Notes: generated by a model not told the origin, from the sequence alone. A DNA stretch of 64,000 bases from an uncultured bacterium (GCA_964396845.1 CAYNGH010000003.1:2992-66991), one strand, 5' to 3'; counted from the first letter of the stretch, positions 27,623-38,163 are shown. Numbers and translations: made by a program.

Positions 27623-28831
27623 TTGAGGGAGTATCGGGCCAGTTATTCGATTTTTTTCTGCGGGGGCTTTTATTTGAATATCAACGACATCAACAAGATA
27701 CCATTGTTGCCTGCCAAAGCGGGCAAGGATGCTCCCAAGCCTGCCGGCAAAACCAAGGACCTTGAGCCTGCCCATGAAGTGGTGCAGGATATTTATGACA
27801 ACTCCCTGCCGGTGAGTGTCACCACCAGAAACAACAAAGTCACTCCCCTGATGAACAGCAATGATATTTTTGATCAAACCCAGGAGATGATAAAGTCTGC
27901 AAAAGAATCCATAAACATTGAGATGTATGATTTTGCCGACAAGGATCTGGCCCAGTTGCTAATTGATCAGAAAAAGAAGGGTGTTGACATCAAGGTTCTT
28001 CTGGATCCTTGCCGGGCCGAGGGTGATTCAATGAGTGAGGCCAGGGAGGAAGTTGTCAATATGCTTTCCACCAACGGCATCCCTGTTCTGACTTACACCA
28101 ACGATCGGGGGACCAACTCAACGGATCACTGCAAGCTTATGATTGTTGATAACAAGGCAGTTCTGCTGGGGGGCATGAACTGGAATCCTCTCTCAAGAAG
28201 AAATCACGACACCATGGTAAAAATCGAGGGGACCGCTGCGAACTATTATAATTATCATTTTGCCGAAGGATGGAACATTACCGGTGGCACTGTCAAGGAG
28301 GACCCATATATTCCCCAGAGGGTTTCCTTCAGGGACAAAAAAGGAGGAGGAAAAGCCCTGGTGAAGGGTATTCGCACCAGCCAGGGAGATACCACCGCCA
28401 AAACTGCCATCCTGGATGCCATTAACTCTGCCAAAGAATCGGTCTTTGTGGAGATGTATGTTCTCTCAGACAAAAACACCATCGACGCTTTGGTTAATGC
28501 TCATAATGACGGCCTTGATGTCAGGGTGATTCTGGATCCCAACCACGCAAACACCAACTGGAGCCCCAACGATGCCACCTTTAAAACCCTCAAGGACGCA
28601 GGAGTTCCTGTCCGCTGGTACAAGGTGGATCCCGGACAGCGGGCTCATGGCAAATGGGCGGTGGTTGACCGTGAATCGGTGATTGTTGGCTCCCCTAACT
28701 GGAGTGCCAGAGGTTTTCACCACAACCGTGAAATAGGCGCCATAATCAAAGACGATGAAACATCCGATGTTTTTTCCCAGCAGTTTTTCTATGACTGGCG
28801 CTACAAAGCTTCCGAGGAATATCCCCTGTAG
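27623..28831 (+). CDS. phospholipase D-superfamily protein with two HKD motifs
   Basis: HCKLMIVDNKAVLLGGMNW and HGKWAVVDRESVIVGSPNWSARG are two HxK(x)4D(x)6G(S/G)xN motifs in one chain. True start may be further downstream than the track start. Confidence 0.75.
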   Translation: MREYRASYSIFFCGGFYLNINDINKIPLLPAKAGKDAPKPAGKTKDLEPAHEVVQDIYDNSLPVSVTTRNNKVTPLMNSNDIFDQTQEMIKSAKESINIEMYDFADKDLAQLLIDQKKKGVDIKVLLDPCRAEGDSMSEAREEVVNMLSTNGIPVLTYTNDRGTNSTDHCKLMIVDNKAVLLGGMNWNPLSRRNHDTMVKIEGTAANYYNYHFAEGWNITGGTVKEDPYIPQRVSFRDKKGGGKALVKGIRTSQGDTTAKTAILDAINSAKESVFVEMYVLSDKNTIDALVNAHNDGLDVRVILDPNHANTNWSPNDATFKTLKDAGVPVRWYKVDPGQRAHGKWAVVDRESVIVGSPNWSARGFHHNREIGAIIKDDETSDVFSQQFFYDWRYKASEEYPL

Positions 28832-28930
28832 TTTTTTCCTCCTTGCATCCTTATCAAAAAACCCTTCTTGCATGACATCAAGAGAGGTTTTTTTGTTTCT
28901 TTGAAGGATATTATTTCTGACTTATAAATA

Positions 28931-29878
28931 ATGGATGTGAAGGAGGGGGATTTCATGGAAAACTGGGTGGATATAAGGGATGCCGCCATAGCTTTAAATG
29001 TCAGCCCTGACACCTTGAGAAAAAGGATCAAGCGGGGGGACATGGAAGGCCGTAAGGTTCCCTGCCACAATGGATTCAAATGGCAGGTCAAACTGGATGA
29101 TCCTGGCAATGCCGATGACAACGACAGCTTTGCTGATTTTGAGTCTTCCCGGACAAATCCCCCAGACCCCCATGATCACCTGAGTTCCGGCAATGAACCT
29201 GCAAGTGACTCCCGCCGGGCCTTTTCCGGCCAGGTTGTGCAGGTTGAGAGTACTCTTCCGGGTAAATCAGAACAGCTTTATGAACAGATAATCAGTGAAA
29301 AGGACAAAAGGCTGTCGGAACAGCTCCATCATACATCCATTCTTGAACAGCTCCTTTCTGACTTCCAGGGTAGAATCCGGCTTCTGGAGTCAGACAACCG
29401 GGAAATATCTCAGCAAATCCTGCAGTTGCCGGCTCCGCCGGAGGAAGTGGGAAAAAGACTTCAGGAGAAAGAAAGTCAGCTTGTTCAACTGAAAGAAGAG
29501 GTGGAAAAAAAGGAAACAGTTGTTCAAACCCTGGCTCGTCAGCTCAAGCAGGAAAGGGATGAATCCCAGAAACTGCAACTGGAGATTGAAGAACTGCGTA
29601 GAGAAATCGAAAAATTTAAGTCAGAAAATGCAGAAAAAGACAAGGAAATCGACCAGCTTCAACAGCAGTTTGACCGGCTGGAAGTGGAACAGTCATATGA
29701 AAGACAGAAAACAGATGACCTGAGGCAGGAAAGAAAACGTCTGGAAAAAGCCCTCTCAGAAATTTGGAAGGAAAAGGATCACCTGGCAGAAGTTCTTTCC
29801 CGGCGCAATCGGGAATTGGAAAAGACCCAAAAGGAACTGGAAGAGATAAAACGTCCCTGGTGGCAGAAGTATTTCTGA
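28931..29878 (+). CDS. HTH (excisionase/MerR-like) DNA-binding domain protein with long C-terminal coiled coil
   Basis: NWVDIRDAAIALNVSPDTLRKRIKRGDMEG resembles HTH_17/excisionase-type helix-turn-helix. Residues ~120-315 are heptad-rich E/K/Q/L coiled coil. Confidence 0.5.
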   Translation: MDVKEGDFMENWVDIRDAAIALNVSPDTLRKRIKRGDMEGRKVPCHNGFKWQVKLDDPGNADDNDSFADFESSRTNPPDPHDHLSSGNEPASDSRRAFSGQVVQVESTLPGKSEQLYEQIISEKDKRLSEQLHHTSILEQLLSDFQGRIRLLESDNREISQQILQLPAPPEEVGKRLQEKESQLVQLKEEVEKKETVVQTLARQLKQERDESQKLQLEIEELRREIEKFKSENAEKDKEIDQLQQQFDRLEVEQSYERQKTDDLRQERKRLEKALSEIWKEKDHLAEVLSRRNRELEKTQKELEEIKRPWWQKYF

Positions 29879-29885
29879 GTAACCC

Positions 29886-31043
29886 CTATTCCTGGGTTGC
29901 CTCGGAATCCTCAATCCATACTGGATGCCCGGCCCGATCAATGAGTTTTGTTTCCTTTTCTCCGCCGACTATCCACAATTCTGATCTTTTGATGTTGGAA
30001 AACCTTAACCGGAGCTTTTCATATACAAAATATTTCCCACAGGGAGAAAAATTGTGGCTGAGGTTATTCTCCAGCAGAACCCGTCGGCCAATATCCTTGG
30101 TAAGCTTTGTTGAAGTGGCATCGCTGGTGTTGACGAAGTATAAATCCCCTTCCCCCAGGGGATCATTATTTCTCTGAGGCACAAAAACAATATGCCTGGT
30201 GTCTTCTTTGTTTGATGCGACCCGGAGAAACAGCTTCTTTCCATCTATCACATCTTCCTGTTCCCGGCGTTCCGGGTCATAAAGCTTCAAACCACCCGCC
30301 TCGTCCTCATCGGAAAGGTTTTTAAAATACAAGATCGAAGGATAACCGAATGCAATGACTGTGACATCGTCAAAGGGAAGGTTGAAAATCTGGCGGGCCC
30401 GGCTTACCAGCTCAAACCCGTAAATCTTGTCATTTATGAAATACATAACTGCCGGGCTGTTTTTATCCCATCCCAGCACCTGGCTGACCCGGCCATGAAA
30501 AACATAAACCCCTTTTTCTCCTGGTTCCCCTCCCCAGACTTCTGACTTCTTATCCGGGTCCTCAGGGTTATAGTCAGAATAAACCCAGAAATCGCCTTGA
30601 TGCGATAACACCGGGGTTTCATGATATAACCCCAGGTCCTTGATTAATCCTTCTTCGTCGTTAATCAGAAAAATCTTCTGGCTTCCATCATCAAGGAACT
30701 TGCGAAAGAAAAAACCCCGGGATTTTGTTTTCCAGTCCATCAGGAATATCCCGTCATCATCCTGGCCCTGATAAAGAAGAGAAACTGTATGTTCAGGGCC
30801 TGATACCAGAAAAATCTGGTTGTCCCTGACAAAGGCCAGGCGGGTACCATCAGGAGAAGGCAGAACCGGGCCTCTGGCATCGGGGACAATCACCTTGTTT
30901 CCCCGGCCATCAGGTTGTATTGAACAGAGGGCGCCATCCTTCTCGTAAAGGATTCTCCCGGGCATGTCACTGCAGAATCCCCGAGAAAGGGTGAAAGACA
31001 CCATAATAAGAATCAAGAATAAGCAAATCGGGCTCCTTTTCAC
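29886..31043 (-). CDS. secreted WD40-like/PD40 (TolB-like) beta-propeller protein
   Basis: Signal peptide, repeated SPDGTRLAF / DG-x-x-I-x-F motifs typical of PD40 repeats. Confidence 0.55.
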   Translation of the reverse strand: MKRSPICLFLILIMVSFTLSRGFCSDMPGRILYEKDGALCSIQPDGRGNKVIVPDARGPVLPSPDGTRLAFVRDNQIFLVSGPEHTVSLLYQGQDDDGIFLMDWKTKSRGFFFRKFLDDGSQKIFLINDEEGLIKDLGLYHETPVLSHQGDFWVYSDYNPEDPDKKSEVWGGEPGEKGVYVFHGRVSQVLGWDKNSPAVMYFINDKIYGFELVSRARQIFNLPFDDVTVIAFGYPSILYFKNLSDEDEAGGLKLYDPERREQEDVIDGKKLFLRVASNKEDTRHIVFVPQRNNDPLGEGDLYFVNTSDATSTKLTKDIGRRVLLENNLSHNFSPCGKYFVYEKLRLRFSNIKRSELWIVGGEKETKLIDRAGHPVWIEDSEATQE

Positions 31044-31175
31044 TGTTGCACACCTCCAAGCCCATAATTAATGACCCTGGCAAAAACTCCTCCCGGCATT
31101 TCAGATAAGAGTCGCCAGGAGATTTAATAAATTGCCGGAAGCAAAAAACCAGATCCCACAGGAAAAATGACAGCC

Positions 31176-32060
31176 TCAAGCCGGGAAGAACTTCTCCTTA
31201 AAGAAGGAATCCACATAAATCCACGGGGACTCGTTAAGACCAAACAAAAAATGCCCCCCCATCTTCTCTCCCCCGGGGGATAAAAGCATGGCCTTTCCCT
31301 GACACCGGTTCACTCTTTCCAGCAACAAGGCAGAATGATGACTGGGGACAATTTCATCAGAAAGGCCATGAATCAGAAGCAGGGGCATGTCAAGATTGCC
31401 GGCCCTTTCCAGAACCGACAGGTAACGATAGTTTTCCAGGGTCGCCCTGTCCCGGCGGCGGGGCCATCCCAGTTGATCCCTGGCTTTTTCAAGGCCAGCC
31501 CTGGTCAGAGGGCCTATGTTTATTCCCCTTGAAACCTGCAAACCCCAGAACCGCAGGAGCAGAGCCACATCCACAAAGGCAGAGAAAGCCACCACACAGC
31601 AAGGATTGACATGACGGCCCTCATCGGAGGCACACCGCAAAGACAGGTATCCCCCATGGGAAGGCCCCATAAGGCAAATCCTCTCGGAATGAACCGCGGG
31701 ATGATCCCGAAGGATCCGGTAAAATTCAAAGATCCACGGAAATGCTGATGGATCCCCCGGAAAATCAGAAACAAAATCTGCAAAAAGAACCGGGTAACGA
31801 CGGCATAAATATTTTCTTACCAACTTGACATCCATCATTCCTGCAGGAGTAGCCATGGAAGGCCTCCTGTCCGGCTCACGGGAATCACCTGAGAGGCCCG
31901 GGCCTCCATGAATCATCAGAATCCCCGGCGCCGGCTTGTCAACATGGCGGGGAATCGTCAATATCCCCCTGACAGAAACCCCATGAAGCTCAGCAATGAC
32001 TGGTTCCGCAGAAAAACCACCGTACATGAGGCTCTCTGGATAATAAGTTTTCTGATTCAA
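31176..32060 (-). CDS. alpha/beta-hydrolase (S9 peptidase/dienelactone-hydrolase-like)
   Basis: GILMIHGGPG, nucleophile elbow MGPSHGG, and C-terminal LLLIHGLSDEIVP (Asp/His region). Confidence 0.65.
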   Translation of the reverse strand: MNQKTYYPESLMYGGFSAEPVIAELHGVSVRGILTIPRHVDKPAPGILMIHGGPGLSGDSREPDRRPSMATPAGMMDVKLVRKYLCRRYPVLFADFVSDFPGDPSAFPWIFEFYRILRDHPAVHSERICLMGPSHGGYLSLRCASDEGRHVNPCCVVAFSAFVDVALLLRFWGLQVSRGINIGPLTRAGLEKARDQLGWPRRRDRATLENYRYLSVLERAGNLDMPLLLIHGLSDEIVPSHHSALLLERVNRCQGKAMLLSPGGEKMGGHFLFGLNESPWIYVDSFFKEKFFPA

Positions 32061-32623
32061 CGGATCTTTGATTTTTCTTTTTTCTCCTCTATCTCTTTTT
32101 TTATCTCGTCAAAACGACGATCCACTTCATCTTCATCAATTATGCTGTCGCCACCGTCAGCGTCGCTGTCATCAGACCACTCCCCGGAATCAAAAGGAGT
32201 AAAGCGTGAATTGACTTGAAAATATCCCAGCCGGGGACCTTCCCGAAAAAAAATGGCCCTGGTCCATAATTCCTGACGCATGGAAACCAGAATCTGCTCC
32301 GATGCTCCACCTCCCGACTCCTCAAACCGGAGGCTGTATTCCCCAGGCTCCAGCTTTGCACTCAGCTCCAGAGGACTCTCTGGAGAAACCGTGGAATTCT
32401 GAGCCAGAACCTTTCCATTCAGTGTCACTGTCACCTGCAGAGGTGTTTGTTCCTCCCATTTTTCTATGGTTTTTTCGCCCATAACCCGGGAAGATATTCC
32501 ACCATTGACAACCCTGATGTTAATATTTACAGGTTTTTCCCTGGGAGCGCATCCCCACAGGAAAACCAACAGGATCATAACTGGCAATATACCCCGGCCA
32601 AAAACCCTCGACAGAATTTTCAT
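32057..32623 (-). CDS. hypothetical lipoprotein with acidic C-terminus
   Basis: Lipobox LVFLWGC; 4-bp overlap with the upstream hydrolase gene suggests co-transcription. Confidence 0.5.
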   Translation of the reverse strand: MKILSRVFGRGILPVMILLVFLWGCAPREKPVNINIRVVNGGISSRVMGEKTIEKWEEQTPLQVTVTLNGKVLAQNSTVSPESPLELSAKLEPGEYSLRFEESGGGASEQILVSMRQELWTRAIFFREGPRLGYFQVNSRFTPFDSGEWSDDSDADGGDSIIDEDEVDRRFDEIKKEIEEKKEKSKIR

Positions 32624-32745
32624 GATTTTCCACCCCCGTCAATATTAATAAGACCACTGCCCCTGTTAATGACTAATCTCAGGCAGGAAAAAACTGTTTT
32701 TGTTGAATTGACATTATTATCACTTAAAACCCGGCAAGGTCAACC

Positions 32746-33204
32746 TTGAAGGTGGCGAAAATTTCCTTCAACAAAGAGGGGTTCATGACAAAACAGAAAA
32801 AATTAGGTTCAGTTTCCAACCTTCCCAAGGGAAAGAAGAAACCTTTCTGGGACAGGATATGGGACTACAAGCCATACATGATCGTGGGGATCATCATCAT
32901 CCTGCTGATAATCATTTATTTTGCCATCCTCAAAAACATTGACCGCAACCCCGAAATCAACCCCACACCCACAGTGTCCCAGGAGAAAGCCCCGGATACC
33001 GGCACCCTTGAAGTTATCACCGAGCCTTCAGGGGCAAGAATCCAATTCAAAAATAAATTTCAAATGGCACCAACCACTTTTGAAAATATTCCCGAGGGTG
33101 AACATATTATAATCCTGAGCATGCCTGGCTACAGAACCGTAGAAAAAACCGTAACCATCGAAAAAGACTCCACAACCACCTTTGAATACCAGATGGAAAG
33201 GTAA
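32746..33204 (+). CDS. PEGA-domain membrane-anchored protein
   Basis: TM helix MIVGIIIILLIIIYFAIL, then a beta-sandwich region with NIPEGEH (PEGA motif). Confidence 0.6.
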   Translation: MKVAKISFNKEGFMTKQKKLGSVSNLPKGKKKPFWDRIWDYKPYMIVGIIIILLIIIYFAILKNIDRNPEINPTPTVSQEKAPDTGTLEVITEPSGARIQFKNKFQMAPTTFENIPEGEHIIILSMPGYRTVEKTVTIEKDSTTTFEYQMER

Positions 33205-33537
33205 TCCGGGGAGTTCTACGGAACCCCGGAGTGCCTGGTGATAAAAAGATCCTCCACCGGCTTTTTTTGATTTTTCTAAACAACAAAACTCCCCGAACCA
33301 ACATTATCCCGGCAGGAACTGGTTTCCCCAGGGGGAGAAATATAACTCTTTGCCAAAATGAATACCTGACTGTTATGGGTAATCAAAAAACAGCATACCA
33401 AACCTGTAAGGCAAAATTCAATGTATTCCAGGCAGAGAGAATGATTCCTGATTATTTTAAAAAACATGTAACAGCTGGCCCGAACTGTTGTCTAATTTGT
33501 TTGGGCAGCTTCAGAAAGACCATACGGGGAGAATGGT

Positions 33538-34395
33538 ATGGAAAAAAATGAAGCGGGAAGGACTGCTTCCGGGTGGTCCTTCCCTCTGGAGCCCATGTCC
33601 CTGGGTGAAATCATCGACAACACCCTGTATGTGTTCCGGCACAGATGGAAGGACTATCTGATGATATCCCTCATCTATGCCACACCTATGATGGTGTTGT
33701 TTTTTATATCTTTTTCCCTGGGCCTCTCTGGAAAAAGATATGACTCCCCTGATGTGATTTTTTTCAACCTGACATCCAGCGCTGTTGGGTGGCTTCTTTA
33801 TATGTTGCTTTCGGTAATGATTATCCGGATAACCCAGGGAATTGTCGAAGGAAAGGATTGGGATTTCAAGGAAGGTTTCAGGTTTCTCAGAAAAACCTTC
33901 ATACCTTATGCTTTGACGATTTTTTTAAACGGCGTAGCGATAACCGGACTGGCCATAATTGCTCTGGGAGTGACCCTGCCTGCATTTTTCCTGACCCGGG
34001 AAGGCGGTCTTTCTGGAAGATTTTTATTTCTGATATATGTCATGGTAATTCTTGTCGGCTTCATGTATGCCCTGTCGATGCTTCTTCTGGTTTCCAGCGC
34101 GGCCCTCATTGAAGGAAACTTCTACGGTTCAGCCATATCCCGTTCCATAAAATTATTTAACACCAGCTGGGAAACCCGCTGGAAAATCATGACCCTGCCG
34201 GGGCTGACTCAACTGCTGATTATCATCCTTACGGCTTTCATTCCCATAATCGGATACTTTTTTATGATGCTCCTGACCCCAATACCAATAATCGCCCTGA
34301 CACTGGTATATTACGATGTGCGGATCAGAACCGAAGGACTGGATCTGGAAATTGAAGCCGACAGAATCCTGGAGAGCGAAGGGAAGTTATCATAA
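33538..34395 (+). CDS. polytopic membrane protein, unknown function
   Basis: 285 aa with ~6 hydrophobic helices; no catalytic motif seen. Confidence 0.5.
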   Translation: MEKNEAGRTASGWSFPLEPMSLGEIIDNTLYVFRHRWKDYLMISLIYATPMMVLFFISFSLGLSGKRYDSPDVIFFNLTSSAVGWLLYMLLSVMIIRITQGIVEGKDWDFKEGFRFLRKTFIPYALTIFLNGVAITGLAIIALGVTLPAFFLTREGGLSGRFLFLIYVMVILVGFMYALSMLLLVSSAALIEGNFYGSAISRSIKLFNTSWETRWKIMTLPGLTQLLIIILTAFIPIIGYFFMMLLTPIPIIALTLVYYDVRIRTEGLDLEIEADRILESEGKLS

Positions 34396-34406
34396 GGCAG
34401 ATCAGA

Positions 34407-35336
34407 TCAGGGTTCGATATCCTCGGGAACATAAGCCCTGTTGGCGCTGATATAGTTTTCGATTCCCCGGGTTGTTTCCGAGGGGGGATGATATTTCACA
34501 TAATAGATAAAATACCTCACCGCATTTTCATGATCCTGTTCCCGGCGGTAAATGCTACCGATAACATAATAAGGTTTCGGATCCCTGGGACTCAGGCTGA
34601 TGGAATAACGCAACACTTCCTTGGCTTTGTCGGTCTGACCCACCACCTCCAGGAGGCTTCCGCCATGGAGCAGAATCACGGATTTAATCCTGGCGGGGAC
34701 TGTCCCCGGCTTGTCGGCTTTCCAGATTATCTCGAAAAATCCGATGAGAAACAGAATTAATACCGACAGAGAAACAAACATATAAATATAATGAAGGCCG
34801 GTTTTTTTCTTTTTTTCCACTCCCCCAAGAGATTCCAGCGAAATTATTGCGTCCTTGAACTGGTCAGAAAACAGGTTCGCCTCTTGGATGTTGGACATCT
34901 CAAAGTTGGCTCCCTTTACCCTGGCATCATAGAAGGTGGCCTCCAGCAGGTTGGAATTTTCAAAGTGGCAACCGGTGCAGTCGGCGTTGGTAAAATCCGC
35001 TTCCACCAGACATGCTCCCTGGAACACGGATCCAATAAGGCTGGCGTTTCGAAAGCTGGCGCCGGTCATATTGGCCCGGTTGAACAAAGAACCCTGGAGC
35101 TTGGCCTTTTCCATATTGGCGTTGACAAAACGGGCCATTCGGGCCGTGCCCTTGATAAAAACCGCCTCTCGAAGATCAGCCCCGGAGAGATCAGTGCCGT
35201 CGAGGTTCGCCTTGAAAAGATTATAACCCTTCAGGTCAGCTCCCGAAAGGTCCGGCTTAATCTTGTAGTTGGCCGATCTCCAGTCATTCCAGTGATGAAT
35301 GGAGGAGATCAGTATATCATAATGTTCCTGGTTCAT
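34407..35336 (-). CDS. pentapeptide-repeat protein with TM helix and C-terminal TPR-like region
   Basis: Consecutive A(D/N)LxGA(D/N)L-type pentapeptide repeats (SGADLKGYNLFKANLDGTDLSGADLREA...), one TM helix (IYMFVSLSVLILFLIGFF), C-terminal helical repeat. Confidence 0.65.
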   Translation of the reverse strand: MNQEHYDILISSIHHWNDWRSANYKIKPDLSGADLKGYNLFKANLDGTDLSGADLREAVFIKGTARMARFVNANMEKAKLQGSLFNRANMTGASFRNASLIGSVFQGACLVEADFTNADCTGCHFENSNLLEATFYDARVKGANFEMSNIQEANLFSDQFKDAIISLESLGGVEKKKKTGLHYIYMFVSLSVLILFLIGFFEIIWKADKPGTVPARIKSVILLHGGSLLEVVGQTDKAKEVLRYSISLSPRDPKPYYVIGSIYRREQDHENAVRYFIYYVKYHPPSETTRGIENYISANRAYVPEDIEP

Positions 35337-35462
35337 TTTCCTGCCTGGAGGTAAAAATCATGCCGGGAAGTAATTTAACTATTTCCCATTTGCCCTGATT
35401 TCCCTCCATTTTTGTCCAGTGTTAACAAACTGTTAACACCTTGTCGGTTGTGAAGGGGAAAC

Positions 35463-36116
35463 ATGGTTGTTATAATAAAGTTGAGGGAGGAAACTCCCTC
35501 AATATCAGCTTTCTGGAGTGCACGCATCTTGGATAACTCAATCAAACATTCAACTATATCACTGCCCGCCTCAACCAACAGACACACTGTCAAGGCGGGA
35601 AAGTCCGGCGAATCCAATCCTTCCCATTCCCTTCCCCGGGATTTGGTGCAGGTGGACGGCGGTGAACCGAAGCAGAAGCTCACAGGTTTTGCCAGGGTGA
35701 AAAACTTCATCAACAGTGTCACTCCTGACATCACCATTGCCGCAACCGGCACTACCCTCATGTCCTTTGGCCTCAGCGGGCTTTCAGTGGCGTCCAAAAG
35801 CTCCATAGGTCGGCTGGCAGCCAGCTTCAGCCCCATGGCGGGCAAGATTCTGGGACTGGTCAGCGGGCCCACCGCATCGGTGGTTCCTTATGTCGCCGGG
35901 GTGGCGGCAGGACTCAACATGCTCAAGGGCGCCCGTCAGCTGTTCATGGGCAAGGGAATCCACGATAAAATCAACGGGGTTCTGGATGTGGGGCTTTCTG
36001 TGGCATGCACTGCCAGCATGATGCCTCCCCTGGTTCCAGCAGGCCTGGTGGCCACCGGGGTCATCGGCACGGCAAGAATCATCAGCGGGCTTATGAAAAA
36101 ATCCCAAAAGGCCTGA
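35463..36116 (+). CDS. hypothetical Gly/Ala-rich protein (possible membrane-associated)
   Basis: RBS GAAGGGGAAAC before ATG. C-terminal half GLVSGPTASVVPYVAGVAAGLNML ... GLVATGVIGTARI is glycine-zipper-like. Competes with antisense ORF 35375..35872. Confidence 0.35.
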   Translation: MVVIIKLREETPSISAFWSARILDNSIKHSTISLPASTNRHTVKAGKSGESNPSHSLPRDLVQVDGGEPKQKLTGFARVKNFINSVTPDITIAATGTTLMSFGLSGLSVASKSSIGRLAASFSPMAGKILGLVSGPTASVVPYVAGVAAGLNMLKGARQLFMGKGIHDKINGVLDVGLSVACTASMMPPLVPAGLVATGVIGTARIISGLMKKSQKA

Positions 36117-36131
36117 TATTACCCAGGAGCG

Positions 36132-37514
36132 TCAGTCATCATGGGGATCTTCTGGATCGTTTCTGTTTTCTGAATCTGTGTCGGTTTTTGATTTTCCCAT
36201 CAGAATTATGTCATCTCCCTTTCCTTTGTCGTCCTGATGATTGGGGCCGGAGCTGTAGAGAAGAACACCATCGCCGGACTTTTCATATCCAAAGGAGCCT
36301 TCACTGTCATAAGGATCTGCTGGAATCTCCGACAAGTATCCCGGTGTTAATTGCGAGAGTTTATCCGGATACGAACCATAATCCCGGCGGTATTTATGCA
36401 GAGCTGTCATAATCATCAGTCCGTTGTAATATGTCTGCCGGTTATATGCCGTATGACACAGCCCCTCAAGATAACGGCAGGCCAGGGCTTCATAAATCGA
36501 CAGCTTCCCGGGTTTCATGGATTTAACCGTATCGGGAAAGGCCACAGGATCCTTCCGGTATTCTTCCAGCACCTTGATCATCAACCCCCGGCTCACCTTT
36601 CTCTCTCTTTCCAGCAAAAAGGCAGCGGTATTTAGCTGGGGAGATTTTATCACCTGATCCATCATCATCTCGTTGGCATAAAAATGATAATCGAGCTGAT
36701 ATTCCATCGGCTCCGGGGCAATCCGCCACAGATTTGCCGACACAAAATCAACAACTTCCCCCGGCAAATCATCCCGGTTCATCAGGGCCGCCAGTTTTTC
36801 CCATGCCATCATTCCATAGCTTTTCTGAGCTATCCCCACAAGCCCGGAAAAACTCCCCCGATAATTCTCGTAAAGCCGGATGCTCTCCATATAACGCCGG
36901 GCCGCGCCCAAATACTGTTCCGACGATGACTCCATCATCCCGGAAATAAGCAGAAAATATCCCAGGGCCTGTATTTTCAGTTCATTTTCCACATTTGAAG
37001 AAGGATTTCCAGGATTTACAGGATCAAAATCAAAACCCGCCGGGACATTAAAAAATCCCAAAGCCATGAATCCCCTGGCAGAAAGCTCCAGGGATTCGGT
37101 GTTGTTTTCGAAAAACTCCTTCAGCTGTTTTTTTTGCTCCGGCCCGGGGCCTTTGGTGGCAATTTCTGTCAGCCGGGTTATTTTCTGGCTGTGATTCTCA
37201 GAACCTGCCGGCGATGAGTCCCCCTTCTGTTCAAGAGAGGAAAAATCCATTTTGACCGCGGCTTCCTGATAATATTTCCAGCCGTTGTTTTCATCTTCGA
37301 TTCTGGATTTCTCCGCCAGCCGGCTTTCTACCCGTTCTACCGCCTGCCTGGCTTCAATGGAATAATCCGGGACTCTCCACACGGCGAAATAAAAGACAAC
37401 ACCGCCGATAATCAAAAGTAACGCTCCCAGGGCCAGAAATAGACAGCATCCGGAAGCAAATCCCTTGCGGGAAAGGGGAAGGGTTTTCATCTTCTGCCTC
37501 GTTTCAAGGTTCAT
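36132..37514 (-). CDS. hypothetical N-terminally membrane-anchored protein
   Basis: 460 aa; TM helix CCLFLALGALLLIIGGVVFYFAVW; C-terminus LLYSSGPNHQDDKGKGDDIIL resembles the C-terminal motif of type II secretion pseudopilins, but there is no prepilin leader. Confidence 0.5.
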   Translation of the reverse strand: MNLETRQKMKTLPLSRKGFASGCCLFLALGALLLIIGGVVFYFAVWRVPDYSIEARQAVERVESRLAEKSRIEDENNGWKYYQEAAVKMDFSSLEQKGDSSPAGSENHSQKITRLTEIATKGPGPEQKKQLKEFFENNTESLELSARGFMALGFFNVPAGFDFDPVNPGNPSSNVENELKIQALGYFLLISGMMESSSEQYLGAARRYMESIRLYENYRGSFSGLVGIAQKSYGMMAWEKLAALMNRDDLPGEVVDFVSANLWRIAPEPMEYQLDYHFYANEMMMDQVIKSPQLNTAAFLLERERKVSRGLMIKVLEEYRKDPVAFPDTVKSMKPGKLSIYEALACRYLEGLCHTAYNRQTYYNGLMIMTALHKYRRDYGSYPDKLSQLTPGYLSEIPADPYDSEGSFGYEKSGDGVLLYSSGPNHQDDKGKGDDIILMGKSKTDTDSENRNDPEDPHDD

Positions 37515-37530
37515 GACAGGGACACAGAGT

Positions 37531-38163
37531 TTATATCTCCGCCATCCCTTCGGTCATATCCATTCCCGCCGGACACATTCTTTCCTTTTTTCTTTCCAGG
37601 TGCCGGCGATATAAACGGTATGCCACATACAGGCCGATAAGCACCACAAAGGCCGCCAGTATTGGCAGCAGAAACGACAGGGCCACCCCTGCCACGGCTC
37701 CGGCATCCTCGGCAAAGGACAGGAATGGATTGCCGGCCCCGGCGGAAAGGCTTGTGGAAGCCAGCCTCAAAGCTGCTTTTCGAACGTGAACCAGCTCCGA
37801 GAGAGAACCCCCGGCAATAATACCCAGAACCACCGCCAGGAGAGGGTCCATTTTTATGATGACCGTGGAGAAAAGAAGAGTGCCTGCCACGGGCTTGATA
37901 AAAAAACCAGCAGAATCAAGAAAATTATCCACCATGGGGATTTTATCCCCCATTATCTCAACCGCAGTTGCCACACCAAATACTATCATGGCCGGGTTTG
38001 ACCCGATCCACTGAAAGTTTTCAGCAACATTTATATATCCGGACCGGGCCAGGAGCGACAAAACCAGGAGAGGCAGAAAAGCCCGCAACCCGGCACAGGC
38101 CGCCAGGGAAACTCCAAGACACACCTGAACCCCCACCGACAACCACAATGATGCATCACTCAT
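37531..38163 (-). CDS. DUF4126-like polytopic membrane protein
   Basis: From MSDASLWLSVGVQVCLG...; 5 hydrophobic helices, ~210 aa. The track ORF's first 31 codons have no RBS support. Confidence 0.5.
   Translation of the reverse strand: MSDASLWLSVGVQVCLGVSLAACAGLRAFLPLLVLSLLARSGYINVAENFQWIGSNPAMIVFGVATAVEIMGDKIPMVDNFLDSAGFFIKPVAGTLLFSTVIIKMDPLLAVVLGIIAGGSLSELVHVRKAALRLASTSLSAGAGNPFLSFAEDAGAVAGVALSFLLPILAAFVVLIGLYVAYRLYRRHLERKKERMCPAGMDMTEGMAEI

Noticed and set aside
35375-35872. 165-aa minus-strand ORF overlapping the 35463..36116 plus-strand ORF
   Set aside because: It has no RBS and an odd composition. The plus-strand ORF has a good RBS and a coherent Gly/Ala-rich hydrophobic pattern, though its own call is low-confidence.
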